Origin: Chloroflexota bacterium
Lineage (GTDB): Bacteria; Chloroflexota; Dehalococcoidia; Lucifugimonadales; Australimonadaceae
Direction: 5' to 3'
Assembly (NCBI GenBank): GCA_022561455.1
Contig: JADFRC010000002.1
Coordinates: 1 to 32,000 of the forward strand
Length of the DNA: 32,000 nucleotides
Positions 1-8,938 of this stretch are shown here, piece by piece. A program made the position numbers and the translations under genes. The stretch's first letter is position 1, and each line of letters opens with the position of its first letter. The notes below the pieces were generated by a model. That model saw nothing but the letters and a program-made list of their open reading frames with translations. It searched no databases and had not been told where the DNA came from.

Positions 1-2
1 CC

Positions 3-524
3 GTCATCGGCGCGTCGCAGTACACGATCCAGGTCAGCGGCAGCACGATCTTCATCTCGCCGCTCGACGCCGTCCCCGTCCGCAACGTCCCCGTCGTGAC
101 GCCGGAGGTCGACCTCACGGCCGACGTGATCGACCCCGCCGCCGTTGCCGACGGCATCGAGCGGGGCCTCCGGAGGCTCGACCTCGCCGGAGCGGACTCG
201 CCCGTGGCGCTCGGCGTGCACTGGGGCGGCTCGGCGACCTTCGCTCGGCTCGACGGCTTCTGCCGGGGCGTCGTGCGGGCCATGCAGCCCGTGCTGGACG
301 CGGGCAACCCGCTCGTGCTGGTGAGCGACGGCGACATCGGCGGGCTGGTCGGCCTGCACCTGCGCGAGGAGCTCGGGCTCACGAGCCCGCTCATCTCCAT
401 CGACGGCATCGAGCTGCGCGAGTTCGACTACGTGGACGTGGGCGAGCTCATCCCGTCCTCAGGCGCCGTGCCCGTCGTCATCAAGTCGCTCGTCTTTCCG
501 GCACCGGCCCACGGTTCCCCGTAG
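3..524 (+). CDS. C-terminal part of an EutA-like (ethanolamine ammonia-lyase reactivase / ASKHA-type) protein; 5' end lies outside the window
   Basis: Frame 3 is open from base 3 (VIGASQYTIQVSGSTIFISPLDAVPVRNVPVV...) to TAG 522-524. The listed ORF 96..524 is only its Met-initiated tail. The GxSQYTIQVSGSTI segment and the C-terminal PVVIKSLVF resemble EutA C-termini as I remember them. Family call is from memory only. Confidence 0.45.
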   Translation, partial: VIGASQYTIQVSGSTIFISPLDAVPVRNVPVVTPEVDLTADVIDPAAVADGIERGLRRLDLAGADSPVALGVHWGGSATFARLDGFCRGVVRAMQPVLDAGNPLVLVSDGDIGGLVGLHLREELGLTSPLISIDGIELREFDYVDVGELIPSSGAVPVVIKSLVFPAPAHGSP

Positions 525-525
525 C

Positions 526-1146
526 GTGGCGCACTGGTACCTGGTACGCCACGGCGAGACGGAGTGGAACGCGCAGGAGCGGGTCCAGGGGCAGACGGAC
601 GTCCCGTTGAGCGGCGTGGGCCGGGAGCAGGCGGCGCGCACGGCACAGCGGCTCGCCGGCTGCGGGTTCGGAGCCGTTTACGCAAGCGACCTCGTTCGCG
701 CGCAGGAGACCGCCCGGATCATCGTCGCGCGCGGCTCGGAGCCCCGCCCGGAGGTGCGGCACCGTCCGTCGCTCCGTGAGATCGCCTACGGCGTGCTCGA
801 AGGCGAGCGCTGGGAGGAGGTCCGCGCCTCCACCGGCGAGCTGCGCGACTCCCAGGGGACCTACCACGACCTCGATCTGAAGCCGGAGGGAGGCGAGTCG
901 TTCCGGGAGCTGCTCGAGCGTTTGGCCGGGTTCGCGCGCGAGCTGGAGGCGAGCCACCAAGACTCCGACGCGCTCGTCGTCTCCCACGGAGGGGCGCTCC
1001 GCGCGCTCGCCGTGGGCCTGCTCGGCCTGCCGCCGGAGGCCTTCTGGCGCATGCGCGGCCTCCTGCCGGCCAGCGTGTCGGTCATCCGCCACGATGAGGG
1101 CTTCTCGACGCTGACGGCCTGGAACGACGTCGGCCACCTGCTCTAG
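526..1146 (+). CDS. histidine phosphatase family protein (phosphoglycerate mutase / CobC-like)
   Basis: GTG start 1 nt after the upstream stop. N-terminal LVRHGETEWN catalytic motif and downstream VVSHGGALRAL second-His motif. High GC3 throughout. Confidence 0.85.
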   Translation: MAHWYLVRHGETEWNAQERVQGQTDVPLSGVGREQAARTAQRLAGCGFGAVYASDLVRAQETARIIVARGSEPRPEVRHRPSLREIAYGVLEGERWEEVRASTGELRDSQGTYHDLDLKPEGGESFRELLERLAGFARELEASHQDSDALVVSHGGALRALAVGLLGLPPEAFWRMRGLLPASVSVIRHDEGFSTLTAWNDVGHLL

Positions 1147-1324
1147 CTGGCACGCGGCTGTTGCCCGTTCGTCCTGAGGCTCTCGAAGGACGAGAGAGCC
1201 TCGCCCACCAGGCGGCTGGTCATGGGCAGGCGTTCGTCCGTACTTCGACAAGCTCAGCACGAACGGAGAGGAGGACGCTCGCCACGACGCGCTGAGGCCT
1301 GCATGCCGAGGCGGTGCGAGCCCC

Positions 1325-1333
1325 TGGTATACT
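1325..1333 (+). promoter_or_regulatory. extended -10-like box TGgTATACT
   Basis: AT-rich hexamer TATACT (1328-1333) preceded by TGg. It lies about 20 nt upstream of a GAGGA Shine-Dalgarno (1341-1345) and ATG 1354. No good -35. Confidence 0.35.
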
Positions 1334-1353
1334 GGCTCGCGAGGATATCCCCC

Positions 1354-1488
1354 ATGCCCACCACCAAGAAGCCGAAGACAGAGAAGAAGCCGCTGACGAC
1401 CGCCGAGTTCATCGAGCAGGTCAACAAGCAGGACGTGAAGCGCAACGGACTCAAGATCCGGTTCGGCTTCACCAAGAACCAGCGGTAA
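1354..1488 (+). CDS. hypothetical small basic protein (44 aa, MPTTKKPKTEKKPLTTAEFIEQVNKQDVKRNGLKIRFGFTKNQR)
   Basis: Internal ATG of track ORF 1222..1488. GAGGA sits 8 nt upstream. Nearly all codons end in G/C as in the real genes here. TAA stop lies 8 nt before the amidase GTG. No family recognised. Confidence 0.4.
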   Translation: MPTTKKPKTEKKPLTTAEFIEQVNKQDVKRNGLKIRFGFTKNQR

Positions 1489-1496
1489 ACCCCCTC

Positions 1497-2837
1497 GTGG
1501 CCGAACCCCACGAGCTGTCCGTGACCGAGGCCGCCGCCGCGATCCGCGCGCATGACCTCTCCCCCGTCGAGCTCGTTCAGTCGCTGCTAGACCGTATCGA
1601 TGCGCTCGAGCCCAAGCTCGTGGCCTGGGCGACGCTCGTCCCCGAGCAGGCGCTGGCCGCGGCGCGTGAGGCCGAGCGCCACGCCGGGCCCAAGAGCCCG
1701 GTGCACGGCGTCCCCTTCGGCGCCAAGGACATCTTCGACACCGCGGGCATCCGCACCGCCGCGGGCTCCAAGATCTGGGCCGAGCGCGTGCCGGAGAAGG
1801 ACGCGGCCTCCGTCGCGCTGCTCAAGGGCTCCGGCGCGGTCCTGCTCGGCAAGACGCACACGACCGAGTTCGCCGACGGCGACCCGGCGCCCAGCCTGAA
1901 CCCGTGGGGGGCCGAGCACACGCCCGGCGGGTCGAGCACCGGCTCCGGCGTCGCCGTCGCGGCCCGCATGGTGCCCTTCGCGCTCGGCTCGCAGACCGTC
2001 GGCTCGGTGCTCCGGCCCGCCGCCTACAACGGCATCGTCGGCCTCAAGCCGACGTTCGGCCGCATCAGCAGGCTCGGCGTCGCCCCGCTCGCGGACTCCT
2101 TCGACCACGTGGGCGTGCTGACGCGCACGGTCGCGGACGCGGCTGCGGTCCTCGATGTGCTCGCTGGCCATGACGCCGCCGACCCCGACAGCGCCGAGGA
2201 GCCCGTGGACGCCTATTCGGCGGCGCTCGGAACCGGCGGGCCGCCGCGCATCGGCCTCGTGCGGACGTGGTTCGCCGACGAGTCCGACGCCGAGACGCGC
2301 CTGAAGATGGAGGACGTGGCGCAGAAGCTGGCCCGCGCCGGCGCCGAGGTGCACGAGGCCGACCCAGGCATCGACTTCGGCGAGGCCTACGCGCACCACC
2401 GGGTGATGATGGAGACGGAGACGGCCGCGACGCACGCCGAGCTCTTCGCCGGCAACGAGCACCTCTACGGCCCGAAGCTGACCGGCTACATCCGGCGTGG
2501 CCAGGCCCACTCCGCGACGGCGTACGTCGCCGCCGCCGCGTTCCGCCGCAGGATGACGGCCCTCGCGAGGGCCGCGTTCGAGCGCGTCGACGTGCTGCTC
2601 ATGCCGACCGCGTCCGGCCCGGCGCCGCGCGACCTCACGTCCACCGGCGACACGCGTTTCCAGAGCGCGTGGAGCTACACGGGGTTCCCGAGCATCACGG
2701 TCCCGATGGGGCTTGCCAGCAACGGCCTGCCGTTGGGCATGCAGCTCGCCGGCGCTCCGTTCGAGGAGGCGAAGCTGCTGCGCGTCGCGCACTGGGCCGA
2801 GCAGGCCCTCGGCGTGCGGCTCAGCCCGCCGGTGTAG
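1497..2837 (+). CDS. amidase signature (AS) family amidase, GatA-like
   Basis: Track ORF 1314..2837. The N-terminal 61 codons overlap the small ORF and look non-genuine. GTG 1497 gives VAEPHELSVTEAAAAIRAHDLSPVELV, a typical AS-family N-terminus. FGAKDIFD (Lys), GGSSTGSGVAVA and GSQTVGSVLRPA motifs are present. Start codon is uncertain. Confidence 0.85.
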   Translation: MAEPHELSVTEAAAAIRAHDLSPVELVQSLLDRIDALEPKLVAWATLVPEQALAAAREAERHAGPKSPVHGVPFGAKDIFDTAGIRTAAGSKIWAERVPEKDAASVALLKGSGAVLLGKTHTTEFADGDPAPSLNPWGAEHTPGGSSTGSGVAVAARMVPFALGSQTVGSVLRPAAYNGIVGLKPTFGRISRLGVAPLADSFDHVGVLTRTVADAAAVLDVLAGHDAADPDSAEEPVDAYSAALGTGGPPRIGLVRTWFADESDAETRLKMEDVAQKLARAGAEVHEADPGIDFGEAYAHHRVMMETETAATHAELFAGNEHLYGPKLTGYIRRGQAHSATAYVAAAAFRRRMTALARAAFERVDVLLMPTASGPAPRDLTSTGDTRFQSAWSYTGFPSITVPMGLASNGLPLGMQLAGAPFEEAKLLRVAHWAEQALGVRLSPPV

Positions 2838-2843
2838 GGGCGC

Positions 2844-4730
2844 CTAGGCGGGCGCCGCCTCGGACACCTCGTCGTCGAACTCGTTGGCCGGCGCGTCGAC
2901 CCGCTTCACGCCGGCGAGCGCCAGCCCGCGGTGCAGCTCGTACTGCTTCGCGTACAGCCCGCCGAGAGCGATGAGCTCGTCGTGCGTGCCATTCTCGACG
3001 ATCCGTCCGTGGTCCATCACGACGATCTGGTCGGCGTTGCGGATCGTCGAGAGCCGGTGGGCGATGACGACGGCGGTGCGGCCGTGGAGCAGCTTGCCGA
3101 TGGCGTCTTGGATCATCCGCTCGGTGTGCGTGTCGACGTTCGCCGTCGCCTCGTCCAGGATGATGATCCGCGGGTCGGCGGCGAGCGCACGGGCGAAGCT
3201 GATCAGCTGCCGCTGTCCGACGCTCATGTTCGCGCCGCGCTCCTGCATCTCCGTGTTGTAGCCGTCCGGGAGACTCATGATGTGGTCGTGGATGCCGACG
3301 GCCTTGGCCGCTCGCTCCACGTCCTCGTCGCTCGCCTCTTCGTGCCGGTAGGCGATGTTCTCGCGGATGGTGCCGGAGAACTGGAACGGCTCTTGGAGCA
3401 CGATGCCCATCTGGTGTGCCAGCGAGTCGCGCGTCACGTCCCGGACGTCGTGCCCATCGATGGTGAGCCGCCCCGAGTCGACGTCGAAGAAGCGCGAGAG
3501 CAGCGCGGCCATCGTCGTCTTGCCAGCGCCCGTCTTGCCGACGAGCGCGATCGTCTGGCCGGGCGCGATGTCCAGGTTGATGTCGTGCAGCACCGGCTTG
3601 CCGGGGCTGTAGGCGAAGGACACGTTCTCGAACCGCACCGCGCCCTCGATCGGGGGGAGCTCGATCGCATCCGGCGCGTCGCGCAGGTCAGGCTCGATGT
3701 CGAGGAGGTCGAAGACCCGCGCACCTGACGCCATCGCTCGCTGGAGCTGCGTGAACTGCATCGTCAGCATGCGGATCGGGTCGAAGAACCGCTGGATGTA
3801 GAGGGCGAACTGGACGAGCACCCCGATCAGTATGGTCCCGGTGAGCACCATCTGCCCGCCGAATACGATCGTCGCGGCGAGTCCGAACGACATGAACACC
3901 TCGACCGTCGGCATCAGGGATGCGGACAGCCGCTGGGCCACCAGGTTCGTGTCGAGGTGCTGATGGTTCAGATCGTCGAAACGCTCGTAGTTGGTCTCCT
4001 GGCGGTTCATGCTCTGGACGATGCGGACGCCGTCGAGGTTCTCGGCCAGGGAGGCGTTGACCCGCGAGATGGCGACGCGGACCCGGAAGTACGCGGGCCG
4101 GGCGAAGCGCTGCCAGACCGCGATGATCACGATGAGCAACGGGAGCGTCGCCAGCGAGAGGAGCGTGAGCCGCCAGTTGACCGCCAGCATGACGCCCAGG
4201 ATGCCGACCACGCTGAGCAGGTCGGCGAGGCTCGTCACCAAGATGTCCATGAACTCCTGGAGCTGATAGACGTCGTTCTGCGCCCGCGACATCACCGAGC
4301 CGACCTTGTTGCGGTTGTGGAACGACATGGACAGCCGCTGGAGGTGGGCGAACAGGTCGCGCCGCAGGTCGTACACGACCAGCTGGCCCACCCGCGCGAG
4401 GATGACCTGGTGGCTGTAGTTGGAGGCGTAGTGGACGGCGATCACGGCGCCGAAGACGATGCCCAGGAAGTTCAGGCCGCTCAGGTCGCCCTTCTCGATG
4501 TAGTCGTCGATGGCGATCCTGATGAGCACGGGGATGGCGACCGTCGCCGCTGCGTAGACCAAGACGCCGATCATCGCCAGCGCCACCTCCCGCCGGTAGG
4601 GGCCGAGGTAGCCGATGAGCCGGATGATGACGCGCTGGTCGTAGAGCCGCGTGCCGTCGTCGTCGATGTCGCCGTCGACGTGACGCATGTGCCAGTTCCC
4701 GCCGCCGCCCCCCCCGCCGCTGTACATCAT
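2844..4730 (-). CDS. ABC exporter, fused permease/ATPase subunit (type I exporter, heterodimer partner 2)
   Basis: Six-TM N-terminal half. Walker A GKTGAGKTT, signature MSVGQRQL, Walker B IIILDEATANVD. Its ATG overlaps the upstream gene's stop as ATGA (4727-4730). Confidence 0.9.
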   Translation of the reverse strand: MMYSGGGGGGGNWHMRHVDGDIDDDGTRLYDQRVIIRLIGYLGPYRREVALAMIGVLVYAAATVAIPVLIRIAIDDYIEKGDLSGLNFLGIVFGAVIAVHYASNYSHQVILARVGQLVVYDLRRDLFAHLQRLSMSFHNRNKVGSVMSRAQNDVYQLQEFMDILVTSLADLLSVVGILGVMLAVNWRLTLLSLATLPLLIVIIAVWQRFARPAYFRVRVAISRVNASLAENLDGVRIVQSMNRQETNYERFDDLNHQHLDTNLVAQRLSASLMPTVEVFMSFGLAATIVFGGQMVLTGTILIGVLVQFALYIQRFFDPIRMLTMQFTQLQRAMASGARVFDLLDIEPDLRDAPDAIELPPIEGAVRFENVSFAYSPGKPVLHDINLDIAPGQTIALVGKTGAGKTTMAALLSRFFDVDSGRLTIDGHDVRDVTRDSLAHQMGIVLQEPFQFSGTIRENIAYRHEEASDEDVERAAKAVGIHDHIMSLPDGYNTEMQERGANMSVGQRQLISFARALAADPRIIILDEATANVDTHTERMIQDAIGKLLHGRTAVVIAHRLSTIRNADQIVVMDHGRIVENGTHDELIALGGLYAKQYELHRGLALAGVKRVDAPANEFDDEVSEAAPA

Positions 4731-6505
4731 GAGGCGGCACCTCGGGCGGGGAGCCCCGCGGCGGTTGACGGGTGCCCGTCGGCGCTTGCCGCGATCTGCA
4801 CCTCCGCCATCTGCGAGAACAGCCCACCGGAGGCGGCGAGCTCCTCCGGCGTGCCCATCTCGGCGATGCGCCCCCCGTCCAGGACGACCAACGTCCGCGC
4901 GTGCTGGATGGACGAAAGGCGGTGGGCGATGATGAACGTCGTGCGCCCCTTGACCACCGCCTCCATCGCGCGCTGGATCTCCGCCTCGGTCCCCGCGTCC
5001 ACGCTGGAGGTCGAGTCGTCGAGGACCAGGATGGGCGGGTCGAGCAGCAGCGTGCGGGCGATCGAGAGCCGCTGGCGTTGACCGCCTGAGAGCGTCACGC
5101 CGCGCTCGCCGACCTCCGTGTCGTACCCCTCCGGCAGCAGCATGATCTCGTCGTGGAGCTGCGCGGTCTTCGCGGCCGCGACGATCTCCTCCTGCGTGGC
5201 GTCCAGCCGGCCGTAGGCGATGTTCTCGCTGACCGTCGCGCTGAACAGGAACACGTCCTGCTGCACGAGGCCCACGGCCGCCCGGAGCGAGGCGAGCGTT
5301 ACGTCGCGGACGTCGGTCCCGTCGATCGTCACGCGCCCGCCGTCGACGTCGTAGAAGCGGGCGAGGAGGCTCATCATCGTCGTCTTGCCGGCGCCCGGCG
5401 CTCCGAGCAGCGCGATCACCTCGCCCGGCTCGACGGTGAGGTCGATGTCGCGCAGCGTCGGCTGAGAGGTGTACGAGAAGTTGACGCCCTCGAACCGCAC
5501 CTCGCCGCGCACGTCCTCGAGCACGACGGCGCCGGGGCGCTCCTCGACCGGCGATGGCGCGTCCAGCACCTCGAACAGCCGCTCGCCCGCGGAGATGGCG
5601 CGCGCGAACGTGTTCACGAGCATGCCGATCATGCGGACGGGCTGGACGAGCAGGCTCGTGTAGAAGATGAACGAGACCAGCTCACCCACGCTCATGCGCT
5701 CGCTGATGACCGCCTGACCGCCGAACCAGAGGATCATGCCCGTGGACGCCCAGAAGACCGCCTGCATGAACGCGCTGTTCTGGGACTGGAGCCGCCTCGC
5801 CTGGTACGTCCAGTCGTAGACCGACGTGTTCTTCCGCTCGAACTTCTGCTCCTCGTGCGCCTCCGCGCCGAACGCCTTGACGACGCGCTGCCCGGCCAGG
5901 TTCTCCTGGAGCACCGTCGTCATGAGCCCCATCTCGACCTGCGCGCGCCGCCACATCACCCGCATCCGCCGGCTCACGATCATCGCGCGGGCGGCGATGA
6001 TCGGTACGAAGGTCAGGCTCACCACCGCGAGCTGCCAGTCCATGAGGAACATCATGGTGGAGGCGCCGCCGACCAGCAGGAGGATCTGGCCGGAGCGCAC
6101 AAGCCCCATCTGGATGAAGTGGCGGTTCATCTCCACGTCGACGGTGGAGCGGGACATGAGGTCGCCCGTGTGCTGCGTATCGTGGAACGCGAAGCTCAGG
6201 TGCTGGAGCCTGTCGTACATGAGGTTCCGCACGCGGTAGGAGAGGTGCTGGGACACCGACTCCGCCATGTACAGGTTGACGTAGTTGAAGATACCGCGCA
6301 GGAAGACGACGCCGATGATGAGCCCCCCGAGCGTCACCATCTGCGACATGGTCGTGTCCGGGTCGCCGACGTCGTCGATGGCCGAGCCGATCAGCCGGGG
6401 GACGGTGAGGAAGAAACCGGTCGACAGCAGGAGGGAAGACCAGGCCGCCAACATCCGCCACCGGTCTTGGGCGGCAAGCTTCGTTATTCTCCAGAGGATT
6501 CGCAT
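4727..6505 (-). CDS. ABC exporter, fused permease/ATPase subunit (heterodimer partner 1)
   Basis: TM-rich N-terminal half. Walker A GAPGAGKTT, signature LSGGQRQRLSIAR, Walker B ILVLDDSTSSVD. Translationally coupled to the downstream paralog. Confidence 0.9.
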   Translation of the reverse strand: MRILWRITKLAAQDRWRMLAAWSSLLLSTGFFLTVPRLIGSAIDDVGDPDTTMSQMVTLGGLIIGVVFLRGIFNYVNLYMAESVSQHLSYRVRNLMYDRLQHLSFAFHDTQHTGDLMSRSTVDVEMNRHFIQMGLVRSGQILLLVGGASTMMFLMDWQLAVVSLTFVPIIAARAMIVSRRMRVMWRRAQVEMGLMTTVLQENLAGQRVVKAFGAEAHEEQKFERKNTSVYDWTYQARRLQSQNSAFMQAVFWASTGMILWFGGQAVISERMSVGELVSFIFYTSLLVQPVRMIGMLVNTFARAISAGERLFEVLDAPSPVEERPGAVVLEDVRGEVRFEGVNFSYTSQPTLRDIDLTVEPGEVIALLGAPGAGKTTMMSLLARFYDVDGGRVTIDGTDVRDVTLASLRAAVGLVQQDVFLFSATVSENIAYGRLDATQEEIVAAAKTAQLHDEIMLLPEGYDTEVGERGVTLSGGQRQRLSIARTLLLDPPILVLDDSTSSVDAGTEAEIQRAMEAVVKGRTTFIIAHRLSSIQHARTLVVLDGGRIAEMGTPEELAASGGLFSQMAEVQIAASADGHPSTAAGLPARGAAS

Positions 6506-6640
6506 AGACGGGAGGAGCCGGGGCGCGTCTCGACGCAGTAGCGAGGGGAGGCGGCGTATGCCGCAGTATAGTCTATCGACTGCCTAGTCGGGAACGCGGT
6601 GCGCGCGCGGGAGGGGGCCGGTCGGGTGGCCTCGGCGCGA

Positions 6641-6649
6641 TGCTAGAAT
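6641..6649 (+). promoter_or_regulatory. extended -10-like box TGcTAGAAT upstream of the GNAT gene
   Basis: TAGAAT at 6644-6649 preceded by TGc, in the divergent intergenic region between the ABC operon and the GNAT gene. Confidence 0.35.
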
Positions 6650-6693
6650 GCGAGCCGCTCCGGAGCGTTCGTGCCATGCGTGGACAGTCGGTC

Positions 6694-7311
6694 ATGCCCT
6701 ATGCGCTGCGGCCCATGGGGGCCCACGATATCGATCAGGTCGCGGCGATGGAGCGGGAGGCCTTCCCGACGCTGTGGCCGCCCACGTCGTATCGGCGCGA
6801 GCTCAAGAACAGGGTCGCCGAGTACCTGGTCTGCGTCCGGGAGGGCGAGTTCGTCACCGTCGAGCCGCCCCGGCGCTCGCGTCTGCTCCGCCTCTTCAGC
6901 AGGCGCAACAAGCCCACGCTCCCCCTCCAGGTCCCGCTGCTCGTCGGCTTCGTCGGCGTGTGGTACCAGGCTGGCGATGCCCACATCGTCGCGATCGCCG
7001 TGCGGGAGAAGTACCGCCGCCGCGGCCTGGGTGAGCTGCTGCTGATCGGCGCCGTCGAGATGGCCATTCGCCGCGGCCAGCAGGTCGTCACCCTCGAGGT
7101 GCGCGCCTCCAACGACTCGGCCCAGGCGCTGTATGCGAAGTACGGTTTCAGCCAGACGGGCCTCCGCCCCCGCTACTACGCCGACAACCACGAAGACGCC
7201 GTCATCATGACCAGCGACCCGCTGGGCTCGGCCGAGTACGACGCGCTGTTCGCCGGCCTCCGCAAGGCGTTCGAGGAACGTTACGGCGAGGCAACGCGCG
7301 ACTACCTGTAG
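6694..7311 (+). CDS. rimI: GNAT N-acetyltransferase, RimI-like (ribosomal-protein-alanine acetyltransferase family)
   Basis: MPYALRPMGAHDIDQVAAMEREAFPTLWP resembles RimI N-termini. GNAT motif A REKYRRRGLGELLL; ALYAKYGF. Start chosen at ATG 6694 because ATG 6640 overlaps the putative -10. ATG 6676 is also possible. An internal insertion makes it longer than classic RimI. Confidence 0.65.
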   Translation: MPYALRPMGAHDIDQVAAMEREAFPTLWPPTSYRRELKNRVAEYLVCVREGEFVTVEPPRRSRLLRLFSRRNKPTLPLQVPLLVGFVGVWYQAGDAHIVAIAVREKYRRRGLGELLLIGAVEMAIRRGQQVVTLEVRASNDSAQALYAKYGFSQTGLRPRYYADNHEDAVIMTSDPLGSAEYDALFAGLRKAFEERYGEATRDYL

Positions 7312-7402
7312 GCCGGCCGCCGAGCGATGCCGATGCGGCCATCGCTCAGAACCGCCGTTCACACACCTGGCCGTCCGCGCATCTATCAATCCCGGTACCG
7401 GC

Positions 7403-7482
7403 AGGGAGTGCAGAGAGCCTGCCCTGAGCTTGTCGAAGGGGGCAAGCTCCTTGCCGGAGGCACCGGGTGTCCCCGTACTCAT
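7403..7482 (+). repeat. partial (5' half) copy of the ~125-nt three-hairpin repeat, carrying the 23-nt mini-element at 7416-7438
   Basis: AGGGAGTGCAGAG + AGCCTGCCCTGAGCTTGTCGAAG + GGGGGC...CACCGGGTGTCCCCGT aligns to hairpins 1-2 of the full copies. Hairpin 3 and the tail are absent. Confidence 0.7.
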
Positions 7483-7591
7483 CGCCGCCACGCCCGGCCG
7501 TTCGTGAGCCTCCCCGTCCCGCGCGGCTGTTCGTGAACCTACCTGTCCCCGCCTAGCAGTCCAGCGCATCCACCCGATCCCTCTGTACCGT

Positions 7592-7716
7592 GGGGAGTGC
7601 AGAGGGGCGGGGCCCCTCTGCCGGGGGCATGGGGGTGTCCCCCATCGCTGGATTGATCACCCCCTTCCTGGCGAGGAAGGGGGACGGGGGGATGGTCGAA
7701 ACGGTTGCAGGGCGCC
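7592..7716 (+). repeat. three-hairpin intergenic repeat, copy 1
   Basis: GGGGAGTGCAGAGGGGCGGGGCCCCTCTGCCGGGGGCATGGGGGTGTCCCCCATCGCTGGATTGATCACCCCCTTCCTGGCGAGGAAGGGGGACGGGGGGATGGTCGAAACGG. Aligns end to end with the other copies. Confidence 0.9.
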
Positions 7717-7772
7717 AGCGTCAGAGGAGCGGGGAAGAGTTCTGGGCAGGACATGCTGGCGTGCCCGGCCGC

Positions 7773-8210
7773 TCAGTCCCCCACGTCCAGCGGCCCAAAG
7801 CTGAGCACGCGCTCGATCCGCAGCGCGATCACCGGCGCGCCGTCCAGCACCATGTCGTCGAACTGCGGGTAGCGCTCGCGCAAGAGCCGCACCGCCTCCG
7901 CGTGCTCGTGGCCCGACGTGAAGACCTCGGCCGTGCCATCGACCCGCACCCACGCCACGCGGTCCCAATCGTCCTCGTAGTGGTCGGCGGCGAGCGACGC
8001 CTTCGGGTTCAGCGCCAGGTTGCGGAGCCGCTTGTCGAGCCGCTCGCCCGTGCGGTTCCGCTCGCCACCGCTCACCACGTATGCGGTCCCACCGGAGAGC
8101 GCGAAGCAGACCGGCACGGCGTGTGGCGCCCCGGCCGCGTCCACCGTCGTCAGGTAGCCGACCAGCCGCGTGTCGAGGAACCGGCGCTGCTCGGGGGTCG
8201 GAGCGGTCAT
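7773..8210 (-). CDS. pyridoxamine 5'-phosphate oxidase (PPOX) class protein, probably F420/FMN-dependent
   Basis: Internal ATG 8210 of track ORF 7773..8444 gives MTAPTPEQRRFLDTRLVGYLTTVDAAGAPHAVPVCF..., a typical PPOX split-barrel N-terminus. The upstream 78 codons of the track ORF are Arg/Pro/Ser-rich and look non-coding. Confidence 0.7.
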   Translation of the reverse strand: MTAPTPEQRRFLDTRLVGYLTTVDAAGAPHAVPVCFALSGGTAYVVSGGERNRTGERLDKRLRNLALNPKASLAADHYEDDWDRVAWVRVDGTAEVFTSGHEHAEAVRLLRERYPQFDDMVLDGAPVIALRIERVLSFGPLDVGD

Positions 8211-8284
8211 GAGCGCACCGTACCACGCCTGCCCCTCGCGCCCCTGTGCCTTGGCGCCTTGGCGCCTTGGCCCTGCGCCTTCGT

Positions 8285-8290
8285 TAGAAT
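8285..8290 (+). promoter_or_regulatory. -10-like TAGAAT placed 8 nt before ATG 8299 (possible leaderless transcript)
   Basis: AT-rich hexamer in GC-rich DNA. No Shine-Dalgarno between it and the ATG. Preceded by three 8-bp direct repeats CCTTGGCG (8249-8272). Confidence 0.35.
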
Positions 8291-8298
8291 GCACCCCC

Positions 8299-8922
8299 AT
8301 GCTTCGTCTCATCCTCGTGCGCCACGGACGCACCGCGTGGAACCTGCTCGGCCGCGTCCAGGGCGGCGGCGCGCTCGACGACGTCGGGCGCCAGCAGGCC
8401 GCGGCGCTCGCCGAGCGCCTCAGCGGCGAGCCCATCTCCGTCATCTACGCCAGCCCGGCGCTGCGGGCCCGCCAGACGGCGAGCGCCATCGCCGAGCGGC
8501 TCGGGCTCCCCGTGCGGCGCGCGATGCTCCTGCGGGACCTGAGCTACGGCAAGCTCGCCGGCGCGCTCGTGTCCGACGTCGAGGAGCGCGAGCCCGGCCT
8601 GCTCGAGCGTTGGCGCGCGAGCCCGCACACCGTGCGGTTCGACGGCGGCGAGACCGTCCCGGAGCTGCGCGTGCGCATCGCCCGCTTCATCGAGCGGACC
8701 GCGGAGCGTCACGACGGCGCGACGGTGCTCGCCGCGACCCACGACTCGCCCGTGCGGGTCGCGGCGTCGCTCGCGCTGGGCCTCGACGACTCGCAGCACA
8801 CGCAGGAGCGTCTGCGCACGCGGCTCGCCTCCATCACCGAGCTCTCGGTCGACGGTGGGCTGATCGCGCTCCCGGTCCACAACGACGTCGGCCACCTGCA
8901 AGGGATCGACGGTGGGGCCTAG
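8299..8922 (+). CDS. histidine phosphatase family protein (second paralog)
   Basis: Internal ATG of track ORF 8170..8922 gives MLRLILVRHGRTAWN (RHG motif). Later ATHDSPV second-His region. Confidence 0.8.
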   Translation: MLRLILVRHGRTAWNLLGRVQGGGALDDVGRQQAAALAERLSGEPISVIYASPALRARQTASAIAERLGLPVRRAMLLRDLSYGKLAGALVSDVEEREPGLLERWRASPHTVRFDGGETVPELRVRIARFIERTAERHDGATVLAATHDSPVRVAASLALGLDDSQHTQERLRTRLASITELSVDGGLIALPVHNDVGHLQGIDGGA

Positions 8923-8938
8923 CGCCCGTAGTCCCAGG

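Noticed and set aside
7500-7550. Imperfect 21-nt direct repeat GTTCGTGA.CCT.CC.GTCCC at 7500-7520 and 7529-7550
   Set aside because: There are only two degenerate copies, in a convergent, repeat-laden spacer. No associated gene or structure was found. Likely debris of REP-type elements.
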